From Macrostomum lignano (Eukaryota): a stretch of 64,000 nucleotides of DNA. Shown piece after piece: positions 1-9,994 of the stretch (within the stretch, counting starts at the first letter, position 1; every line of letters begins with the position of its first letter). The stretch spans positions 62,001-126,000 of the forward strand of contig NIVC01002455.1 in assembly GCA_002269645.1 (NCBI GenBank), read 5' to 3'. Below the pieces are notes generated by a model. That model did not search any database. It saw nothing but the letters and a program-made list of their open reading frames with translations, and was not told the DNA's origin. Made by a program: the position numbers and the translations under genes.

Positions 1-2130
1 GTGGAATATTCTGGTGGAGTTTTGATGTCCAACAACCTGACAATGTGGAACTTGGACCCTATCAGCGACTTTCCGGCAAGTTCGTCAAGTCCTAGCGGAT
101 ATGATCGGCGCTTTCTCACAGAGAACTCAATTCTTCTGCTGACTCGAATGAATTTAGGATCGGGAGAGTTCAACAGCACCGATTTTATAGACAACCGGCT
201 AGTGTCTGCAGTGCAGTCTGCTCCAATGTTCTTCAGGCAGAAGCTGAATTTAGGCGCGATTTTACATCTTGATCCGAGTGGTTGTTCAAATGTTCAGTAC
301 GACCGTGCATACATGTTCACCACATACGACTCCAAGATAACTAGTGTCCAAATGACTCGAATGAAGACTATGTACCTCGACCGAAAAACTGGGCAGCTTT
401 GGTATTCGAGGTGTCAGTTGCACCATGCAGTCCATCAGTTATATTTGGATAGAGGATCTCCTTCCGCAATCGGCATTTGCTTGTCAGTTTCCTTCTCAGG
501 CGATGTTGTGCCATACGCAAAGATTAGTGCCGTAAGAGAGCGCATTCTTAGCTCAGATTTTTCTTATTCGACCTGTTCTGAACCTCGGAGTGGAAACTGT
601 ATGCTAGTGCCAGACACCGAGCAAAACGTCACCATCTATTCAAGCATGGACAACACTCCGTTGGTGTGCCCGATTGTCTGCGCTGATTCAGCAACTTCGT
701 TCACATTTTATCAAAATGGTCAGAAGCTGATACCAGCTTCTTCTGACTGGAGCGACTTTGGAGCGCAAGGTGTTCGGATTGCGAGAACTTCGAACATCAT
801 TGAGTTTTCCAAAGATGTCACGTCAAGCCAGGCCGGTGAGTACAGGTGTATCGCTGGGGGCGCCAGCTTTACCTACTATGTTTCGGTTGTCTCAATGCCA
901 ACATTCTCAGCGAGTATTGGTGGTCAAACCGCCACTGTACCCTCAAAGGTGTTCGCCATGCAGGGTGAGAGTCTGTCCTACAGCTGTGGAGTAACATACT
1001 CGGGTCTCAGCTCAACAGTGTCGTTGCAGCCTCTGTTCTTTCTGCCCTCCGTGTCCAGTAGCGTTTTGACATGGACTGAGCAAAGTGTGGCGAGTTTTAA
1101 TAATTTTGTCAGTCCCAGTGGCAGTTCAGCCGTCAGTATCAGCACGCCAGCAGTTGGAGCTGGAGTTCAGCTGATGAATGTCTCAATTCAAAGTGTACCA
1201 CCTCAGCATCCAAGTTTTGGTTACAATTTTACTCACAGATTCTTGTGCAATGCCACAGTGTCAGGAACCGATGCAGCAAACTTGGGAATGTCCAGCTATG
1301 GCACACAAAGTGGCGGTGACATTGTGTATGTCCCTCGACCAACAAAGGAGAACTTCGTTCTAGGTGAAAATAATGACTGTGCAACACAAAAGTGTCACCT
1401 TGGAAACGGTGCGACGTTCAATTTCGCTCTTAGTCGTGAGTACTCGTCCTACTTGAATTATATTGGAGTGGATGTGGATTTGTTCCTTCGCATCGACAAT
1501 CTTCTACTGACTGACGTTAAGATTCTCATGAGCAGCAACGTTTCAATCATTAGGTCGAACTGGACAAGCATCAGTTACGAGATATTGCCGATCACGGATG
1601 AAGCAGTTCGAACTGAGCTGCAGAAGCGAAGCAGCCTGACTCCGGTGTACAACTTTCGGTATAGAAATGGGTCCGAAATGGGCAATGCGAAAATTCAGAA
1701 GGGTCGATATGGATCACCGACTGTCGCTCTCGGTTCAAAAGACTGTCGTACAGATCCGTTGTGTTTTTACTCGACTGACTTTGATGCCTCTGGCAGCTTG
1801 AGCTTCCTTTCCGTCACTCTGGACTTCAAAAAACCGCAGCCGCCACTGTCGACCGCCAACATGACAATAATGATAGTGGTTATTGTCGTTTGTGTTGTGC
1901 TAATCATTGTCTTGATTGTACTTGTTGTCTACTTTGCCAAGCGCGAACCGGCAAAGAGTTACGCCCTGGAGGAGAAGGAGCTGGAGCAGGGGCGCAATCC
2001 AAATGCGGAGGCTAAAGATGAAGAGTTCAAAGAGTATGTGCGCCAGTCAGAGGCTCCGGGGATGAGGGGAGACGACATTCAGATGCACGGCACAGCTTAT
2101 GATAATTCCAGTTTTATGTACGGTGAGTAA
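1..2130 (+). CDS. Type I membrane protein with two Ig-like domains, a TM helix and an L1/neuroglian-like tail (paralogue A; 5' end outside the window)
   Basis: Uninterrupted 709-codon ORF. Ig-like Cys pairs (LVCPI...AGEYRC; GESLSYSC...RFLCNAT), a hydrophobic TM (IMIVVIVVCVVLIIVLIVLVVYF) and tail AKSYALEEKELEQGR...EEFKEY. Its first residues (VEYSGG) align to about codon 145 of paralogue B (VEWSGG), so the true start is upstream of base 1. Confidence 0.85.
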   Translation: MEYSGGVLMSNNLTMWNLDPISDFPASSSSPSGYDRRFLTENSILLLTRMNLGSGEFNSTDFIDNRLVSAVQSAPMFFRQKLNLGAILHLDPSGCSNVQYDRAYMFTTYDSKITSVQMTRMKTMYLDRKTGQLWYSRCQLHHAVHQLYLDRGSPSAIGICLSVSFSGDVVPYAKISAVRERILSSDFSYSTCSEPRSGNCMLVPDTEQNVTIYSSMDNTPLVCPIVCADSATSFTFYQNGQKLIPASSDWSDFGAQGVRIARTSNIIEFSKDVTSSQAGEYRCIAGGASFTYYVSVVSMPTFSASIGGQTATVPSKVFAMQGESLSYSCGVTYSGLSSTVSLQPLFFLPSVSSSVLTWTEQSVASFNNFVSPSGSSAVSISTPAVGAGVQLMNVSIQSVPPQHPSFGYNFTHRFLCNATVSGTDAANLGMSSYGTQSGGDIVYVPRPTKENFVLGENNDCATQKCHLGNGATFNFALSREYSSYLNYIGVDVDLFLRIDNLLLTDVKILMSSNVSIIRSNWTSISYEILPITDEAVRTELQKRSSLTPVYNFRYRNGSEMGNAKIQKGRYGSPTVALGSKDCRTDPLCFYSTDFDASGSLSFLSVTLDFKKPQPPLSTANMTIMIVVIVVCVVLIIVLIVLVVYFAKREPAKSYALEEKELEQGRNPNAEAKDEEFKEYVRQSEAPGMRGDDIQMHGTAYDNSSFMYGE

Positions 2131-3811
2131 AATCTTTTACTTTGTTTTGTTAACCTAATATTCGTATTCTACTACTAAAATTAATTTATGAGTAGTCACA
2201 ATCGCAGCTAGACGTGGCTAAAATAATTAATTTCCAGAGAGCGTAGAACCTGACCAAGCAGTGGCCGCCCCAGAGAACATTCAGGTGGAGCAGACTGATC
2301 AGGTGTGATTTCAGCTTTGACTTGACGTGTATCAACATTTGCTGCAGACTTGGTTGCTAAATTACGAGCTATTTGATTTTTTGTCGCCTTATTAATATTG
2401 TAGATGCTTTCATTCAATTTTTAATTCAGAATTTCAAAAAATAGCATTGATCTCCACTTCTTGTACAGCCTAAGGCTGTGGCTTTCTCCAAATCTTGACC
2501 AAACTTTTTATTTCTTCTGCTGCGATTATACTGCTATTATAGTGCTGTTAACATTGAATAATTTGTAATTAGTTGTTTTTTATTAATTATAACCTTTACT
2601 GAAATGCTGTGTATTTAACATTCGTTGTTTTTGTTTCTACTATGGCTTTAACTCGATATTTAAAATATTTGAATCTCTTTTCTGTTGAATTGCCAAAATT
2701 TTATGGTCTGAATTTCAACAGCTTACAATGTGATCTCTGGCACTTTGCCAGTTTAAACCAGTGAGACGAAGTCAAGGCAGTTGGCACGAGAGGCGCAGGT
2801 TCGAGCCTGGCCCTATTGTACGAGTATTCGAGCGTATTTATTAACTTTAATTTACCGGACTAAAAGCCGAATAAAAACCTTGGAGACTTAAAAGCGAGAA
2901 AAAAAAAATCAATACGCGCTTGGCGGGTCAGCGACAGCCCGCACCGCATTAAAAAACCGCCACCCAGGCCGCGGGCACGTGACCAAGGCCCGGCCCACCA
3001 CCCCCGCACCAACGCACAAGAGCCACGCCCCACTGGTTTAACACCCAACCAAGCTACGCCCGGTCGGACCAATCAGTTGGGTCCACTCGATCAATCATTT
3101 TTCTGCCTTGGCTTTAAGCGCTCATTTTCTAACCGTCGTGTAAAGCTTTCCTGTTGGGCTGCATTTTTAAAATGCAGTTTTATTGTTGGACTGTGATTAA
3201 ATAAAAACAATTCAAATCACACTGATTTTGATAATCTCACTTTTTTTGCTTTTTGTTATTCCCGATTTCAAATCAAGTATTTTTTACTTATTCATACATA
3301 AACTTCACTAACCAATGAGTCTCAATCAGTACGATTTAGATTTGATATAACGCACTATTTTTTTAAACAAACTGACTGAATTGAACTATTGGCTGTACCT
3401 GATTTTTGACCTGATATATGTCTAGATATAGTCTATAGCGAGTATTAAAATGACTCATATTCAAGTGCCTTTTTTCCTAAACCGGATTCAATGCTTAAAA
3501 ATTGTAATCGGAATATATTATATCAAATAAATTTGCCATATCGGTGCTCATCAAGGAGCATTGGTCCAGTAAATGACATCAAACTTCTGAAAATATTTTT
3601 ATATATTTTTTTGAAATCCCAAATCGCTTCAAGATGTTTTGGCAAGAATGGAACCCTGTAGCTTAGCAAAAATATTCCTTCGTTTAAAGTTTCAATTTAT
3701 GATGGTTGTAAGTCCTGGAGGTCTTACTTACGTCAATTCATCCCCATTTTACCTTTGGCATTGTCGAATAGTTTCCTGGGTCGACAAACTTCTCGTCTGG
3801 AGATAAGAAAA

Positions 3812-4095
3812 GGGCTGTAGCCCAGTGGTTCGAGCGTCGGACTCACGACTGAAAGGTCGGGGGTTCGATTATTGACCCAACTCAAAACAATTTGTGTCCT
3901 TAAGCAAGACACTTAACTCTGCATTGCTTCAGTTCTCCCAACTGTAAAATGGGTGCAAACATTAGCTGGGGACAATTGAGGCTGTGTGTGGCGACCCCCA
4001 GTCCTTGGGCTGAACAGCAGTACGCAGCCTTCAGATGCGCCTGCACATCAGATGCACAGATGCACATCTGGCCGTTGCAATATTGATTATTAATT
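3812..4095 (+). mobile_element. tRNA-headed SINE, family A (copy 1)
   Basis: A box (TAGCCCAGTGG) and B box (GGTTCGATT) followed by TGTGTCCTTAAGCAAGACACTTAACTC...CTGTAAAATGGG, which resembles the CORE/MIR central domain. Body matches copies at 10127 and 25475. Confidence 0.85.
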
Positions 4096-4109
4096 AGAGG
4101 AGTAACTTC

Positions 4110-4802
4110 TCTCCGTTACAACAACAACAACAAAGTACACTGGATAGTCTCTGGTGTCACAGGGCGCGTCTCAAGGCTAGAGTGCAAACATAGGCCGCTC
4201 CGCCGTCAGAGTCCGGGGCGCCGGCGTCAGCCAGCAGGCAGTCGACGAAACGCCGAGTGCGCGCCTGTCCTCGCCGGTAGGGTGCCTGCAGCGTGAGCAG
4301 CAGCACCTCCTGCACCGGCTGTGGGCAGTACGACTCGGCGCGGATGATATGACCTGCCAGCTGGAGTCGCCGACGGCGCAGCAGGTCACTTGGACGGGCC
4401 AGATCGAGTCGAGAGACTCGATCAAGATCAATTCAAGATCAGCTCATCGCTGATCTTGAAGGCGGTGCGCAGCAGGCCAGCGTGCGCCGCGTCGACTTGA
4501 TGTTCGAGCGAGTCGAGTCTCGGCGTTGTAAAGCAGGACGGTTTCGACTACCGCCTGGAACAGCGCCGCCCTCTGGCGGTCCGGAAGGGCCTCAGACTGC
4601 AGGATCGCCCTCACAGAGCGGAAGGCAGCCCAGGCAAGCCCGCGGCGACGACGCAGATCCTCGCGTACATCGGGGACCAGACCACCGAGGTAGACGAACT
4701 TCTGACATCGCGGAAGTTCCGTTGCCTGTCCGTCAGCGCCTCGGCATAGGATAGCAGCCTCGATGTCGTCCGGCACGCACAGCACGACGGTCTTCTCCGT
4801 TA
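4110..4802 (-). mobile_element. 5'-truncated RTE-clade non-LTR retrotransposon with a (TTG)n tail and a 9-bp target-site duplication
   Basis: Minus-strand translation gives the RT C-terminus (KTVVL...FVYLGG...LAWAAF...LFQAVVETVLLYNAET; after a frameshift LAGHIIRAE...RRGQARTRRFVDCLLAD). (CAA)5 at 4119-4133 is the tail. TCTCCGTTA is duplicated at 4110-4118 and 4794-4802. Confidence 0.85.
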
Positions 4803-5323
4803 ATAAGCTATAAAGACCTCAAGTTCTTCCACTCTTTTATGTCCATGGACGATTTCTTTCTCGATCCAACTGTACTTACGACAAAGAGAGAAACTGGCGT
4901 AATACTGATCTTACACAGCAATTTAACTCACCATAGAACTTACAGCAGTTTAGAGCAGCCCCCCCAGGTGAGAAATCGGCAATTTGGTAACTGAAAATAA
5001 GCAACGTGTAATATACAGACGAATTGTAATACTTGAAGTATACTCCGCACTTTTGTAATGATAGCAGTCAACCAATTTTTTGGCTTCCTCATCGAAAAAT
5101 TCAGTAAAGCCAATCTTAGCCACGAAAAAATCTCGTAGATACGCTCGTATAGGAAATAATATGCATTTATTGTTGACTGCATCGCTATTCGAAACATGAT
5201 TATGAATTGAGCTTTCACGAGATTTGGAAGGAAACTTAAGGCTTACTGGCAGCCTTCTTTGTAAGTGTTCGATCTGACTCCCTAATGAGATACGAACAAT
5301 TACGGCAATCATATTGTTATGAT

Positions 5324-5395
5324 TGTCAGCCAGTCGACGAAAGGCCGAGTGCGCGCGTGTCGTCAGCCGTAGCACCTAGCTGTTGCACCGGTTGT
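5324..5395 (-). mobile_element. Short degenerate second fragment of the same RTE 3' region
   Basis: GTCAGCCAGTCGACGAAAGGCCGAGTGCGCGC...AGCACCT...TGCACCGGTTGT matches 4226-4322 with deletions. Confidence 0.55.
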
Positions 5396-6592
5396 TAGTT
5401 GATGTGATCGATAGCGCAACAGGTCGCTTAGACAGTTGAGCAGGCCGGTGGGGCGACACAGTGCCGTGCTGACAGTATGTCAAGTTAGTGTTTATACGGG
5501 TATTACGTCAGCCGAATGTGATCGGTGGTACACTGCAAAAGTACTCATTTGCCAGCGACATCCATATAGACGTTGGAAGCCGTTTTTTTTTGTATGGCAG
5601 TGCCGCTCTATGTATTTCGCTCATCGCCTGTGTTGCACGCGCAAGCTTGTCAGTGTTGTAAGAACAATAAGAATCAATGAGTCCATTAGTGCTTGCAGAT
5701 TCTTGTAAGCATGCTACTTCATCTATTGGTACATTGTGTACGGAATGTACTTGCACTCAAGAATTTTTCAACAATTGTACATGTAAAGTTAGAGTCAGCG
5801 ATTGAATGGTATAAATTATTTAATCGTCTTTATTGTAGATAAGCTATTCTACGTAGTCGAGCCATTAGCTTCAACAATTGTTCACCATGGACTTGGATTT
5901 TCATTCAAGACTTTTGTCAAGTAGCTAAAGAGACATTTTAATTTCAAGTAATGGAAATGAAGTCAAAATGGTATTTCACTATACCGTGGCTTGTCATGCA
6001 ACTGTGGAAAACTTTTCGTAACGTAAAATACTGTTACCGGTTTTAAATCGTTTTTATAAACTTCCTTCTGGCATAACAAATTTTCTAAGAAGTCTGACAT
6101 TTACATCATATAAGTGAATTTTCATTTGTTATATTTTCTCTATAATAATTCTTTTAATCTAAGACATCATTCCATTTTTATTTTAAAAATGCATCGGCAC
6201 GAATTTAAAGCTTGCGCCTTTGGCACACTGCTATGTAGCTAGACCCGAATCGTGTAGTTGCAGCAAAAACGGTCGAAATCTGAATCAATCTTCTGCTTTA
6301 GTTGCTTCTATAACTACCTGCAGTTCGTCACGGTATTTGTAAGTAATAACGTTTCTTTTTTCGATATATTATTAATTTAGATGTAACGTGCACGCAAATA
6401 TTTAGCTCAATATTTGTGCTGTAGAGATAGTTATTCTATTGCCAAACTAAAATTGAGTTCAGTAAAAACTTTAATTAGCGAATCTTAGTGAAATAACTGC
6501 AGTTGGCTTTACTATTAAGCTTGCAATAATCGAATTATAGGGTGCCAATATTTCAATGCATATTTCACTCATGTCCATCCAATGTCCAGATT

Positions 6593-9106
6593 ATGGCCTT
6601 CTTGGCGCTATTCTTCCTGGCGCTGGTCTCCGGTTGCACGCTCGCCACCCAGCAGATGCCGCGGTTCCAGTTCTCACCGTCCAGCAAGGTGTTGCTTTCC
6701 TGGAGCGACACCTGGGAGGTCGGATCGTCCAACATGCTGTCGATTCTCACCGAGGGCAAGCACATCAACATTCAGGTGTCCGTGAGCGGCGATCGCGGCG
6801 AAAGTGGCCTAAAAAGAGTTCTAATTTACGAGTGCCCGCAATCCCAGGCCAAATGATTGACATGGACACTCTCCAATCGAGCTTGTCTCCCGAACATCGA
6901 TGCCCGAATACCATTCCATTCACTGTACAGGCGGGCAACTCCGAAAACCATTTTCAACTGAAGATGAAAGCCTCAGAGGTGCACTATACCCAGGTGGCTA
7001 GCAGGAGAGTGAAACTCGTTGTGCGGGTCGAATGGTCTGGCGGGGCAATCCAGTCCAATCCGCTCTTTCTGTACAACTTTGACCCACTTGGCGCATTTAG
7101 CGTTGGAAAGATGGGAGCATTGGATTTAAAATTTCTTACCCCTGCCGCGATTGAGCTGATGACCAGGTTGAACTATTCCAGCCCACTTGACGACCAGTTT
7201 CCAGCTGTACCCTTCATTGAATCGTCAATTTCAAGCTTTGTCAAAAACTCACCGCAGTTCGTCAGGAGCAAAATAACACTAGGCTCAAGCCTGTACTTTG
7301 ATGCAGGCTCCTGCTTGCACAATCAACTGGGAAAGGCCACGCTGTTTACAAGCTACTACTCCAAATTTGACTTGCGACATCAAAAGCTTCAAAAAATAAT
7401 GCACCTGGATGTAGAGAGCGGCTATTTAGACTTTGCTGCTTGCGGTTTAAAACAGGAGATTACCTCATTTTATTATGAAAAGAAGCCGCAGTATACCATT
7501 GGAATCTGCACCATCATTTCGTTCTCAGGAGAATCTGAACCCTACTTAAAAATTCAGGCAGCAGATCAGCGCTATTCAATTGACAAAGTCCATTACTCCG
7601 GATGTCCCATATGGTCTACAGCCTGCAAAGTGGCACCAAATGCTAAGAAAACTTTGACCATAATGGCCGGCATGGACAACACCGCCCTCGTCTGTCCCAT
7701 TCTGTGCAGCGATAAAAGCCAGACGTATCAATTTTTCAGAGACGGCAACCCACTTTATGCGTCCCAATTAGAGGAGTGGACAGTCATAGATGGCATTCGG
7801 GTGTCGAGAACTGGCAACATCATCGAGTTTACACCTTCCGTCTCAAGTGCTCATTCCGGGATATACAAATGTGATGCTGGATCGGAACACTTTTTTGAGT
7901 TCAACGTCACTGTGGTCTCGATGCCGCACTTTGCTGTGACCTACTCTTCTGCAGCCAGTGGAATTCCAAGCTCTGAAAGTTCGGGTCTGTTGCCTGAGAA
8001 GGTGTTCGCGATGGAGGGCGAATCTCTGTTCTACAGCTGTACAGTGATGTTCTCTGGATTGAAGTCGGTCACAGTGGAGCCAACGTTCTACATGCCAATG
8101 GTCAGTAACGGCAAGGTGAACTGGGACCGTCTGACAGATGAGGCATTTCGTCAAAAGTTTTCAAATGGAGACAGTTGGATGAGCGTGACTACGACCTCAA
8201 CTTCGACTTCAAGTAAAACTTTGACAATGGACGTGATTCGCGTTCCCCAGCTAATCCGTCACTGGGCACCAACTTCAGTCATCGATTTGAATGCAATGCT
8301 TCTCTTAATCAGTTTGAGTCTGTTTCACAGGTGGGCATGTCAGAGTATCGTAATCAAACGGGTGCCGATGTCTTTTTTCTAAATCGCCTGACGAAGGACA
8401 GTTTTCTCATAAACCCAAACAACAATTGTAGCGTTCAGAAATGCAGCGTCTCGAATGGCGCCAAGTTCGAATTTGCTCTTTCGGAAAGCACCGCAGCCTA
8501 CCTCCGGGACGTCGGGGTCGAGGTTTCTGCTTACTTCATGTTGGACGATCTTCTTCTTGAAAATGTGAAGTCCTTGTTTGTGAAAGACGCTTCTGCCATC
8601 AGATTTGACGCTAAAACTTTTACTCTGACTTACAAAGTTTTGCCAATATCTCAGGAAGGCGTTTTGAATGAGCTGCAGAAACGAAAAAACCTTACAGCCG
8701 TTTACAATTTCCGCTATCAGCCAAAAACGGCTTTGACAAACCTTCGACACAACAAAAGTGCTTACGGCAGTCCAAGCGTCGCTCTCGCCAAAGAGACTGC
8801 CGGGCGGACAAGTTATGCTTTTACTCCACCGACTTTGATTTATCTAATGGGCTTGAATTTCTTCGAGTTGACCTGGCCTTTCTAGATACACCATTACCCG
8901 AGCCTGGAGTCGCTTCTACTCGTACTTCGGGTGTGATTGTCAGAGTGGCCATCGCTGCCAGTGTGGCTTTGATTGTTGGCCTGGTGGCAGCTTACCTCAT
9001 GACCAGGACGCCTGAAAGGGCTTACCAAGTTGAGGAGAAAGAGAAGATGGGCACAAAGCAGATGCTGAACGCTTCCATTGCGTCCATTTACCTAGAGCTG
9101 TCGTGA
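6593..9106 (+). pseudogene. Ig-like type I membrane protein paralogue B (about 838 aa if three 1-bp deletions are corrected); frameshifted gene or assembly error
   Basis: ATG at 6593 with signal peptide MAFLALFFLALVSGCTLA. Homology to paralogue A moves through frames 2,1,0,2. Adding one base at CCC 6835-6837 (site uncertain), CCCC 8245-8248 (VPPANPSLGTNFSHRFEC vs A: VPPQHPSFGYNFTHRFLC) and AAA 8790-8792 (AKRDCRADKLCFYSTDF vs A: SKDCRTDPLCFYSTDF) restores one ORF with a TM and a tail ERAYQVEEKE, ending at TGA 9104-9106. Confidence 0.8.
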
Positions 9107-9860
9107 TTGAGATATGACACATCGACAGACAGCACAGAAAATAATGCATGCATCGTTTAATACTGTTTTTCTATTTAAGTCTTTATGCCAGGAGTGTTTC
9201 TGAGACCGTGCAAATATGTTAAAATATCTTAGTAATTGGAGCTGGTGTTTTAGAATAGGTACTCCAAAAATTTCCTACTTTTTCATAAAAAGTTAACTAG
9301 ACCCCGAATTAGAAGACAAACTGTAATAACGAGCACAATTACAAGCGTACTCGTAAGTTCCACAGTACAGGTGCTGCTTGTTGTGTCTTTTATACTCTGA
9401 AAGATACTTACAGACGCTTCTGTGTTCGGTACTTTTTAAATCTGCGAGTATATCATACAATCGAATTATTAAGTAAGTTTTTGCTTTCATTTTTCGAAGG
9501 CTACTCTCTGTAAAATTCATCATTATTGCCATCACGCGACTCATGTGGAAGTCCTACGAATATTTGCAACCGTGGACAACTGATGTAGAAGGACTTCAGT
9601 TGTACATGATTGCGATACAAAATAGCGTTGCTTGTCCGCCAGCTCGTATTTTACTAAAGACAAAAAGAATTAACCAGTAACTATTACTATATTTATATCA
9701 CTAATTCAGCCGATGACCTAAATGTTATTAAACTCTAGCTATGCACGCAACTCTGAAATAATAAATGTTTAATGCAAGTATTATGTTCTATGATTAACAT
9801 GTAAAAGTTCAATTACGAGTACACACTATAACTATTAGTTATGTCCTTTCCAACCTTCCC

Positions 9861-9994
9861 NNNNNNNNNNNNNNNNNNNNNNNNNNNNNNNNNNNNNNNN
9901 NNNNNNNNNNNNNNNNNNNNNNNNNNNNNNNNNNNNNNNNNNNNNNNNNNNNNNNNNNNNNNNNNNNNNNNNNNNNNNNNNNNNNNNNNNNNNN
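9861..9994. other. Assembly gap (134 N)
   Basis: Run of N from 9861 to 9994. Confidence 1.

Noticed and set aside
2900-3075. GC-rich patch with GC-box, CACGTG and CCAAT motifs as a promoter
   Set aside because: No transcript start can be tied to it; the next plus-strand gene is 3.5 kb away behind mobile elements.
3812-3885. SINE heads (also 10127, 20355, 25475, 28434, 45913) as functional tRNA genes
   Set aside because: Acceptor stems do not pair and each head runs into a shared SINE body with a simple-repeat tail.
4940-5756. Minus-strand ORFs of 141, 92 and 82 aa
   Set aside because: No recognisable motifs or consistent splice chain; one overlaps a degenerate RTE fragment.
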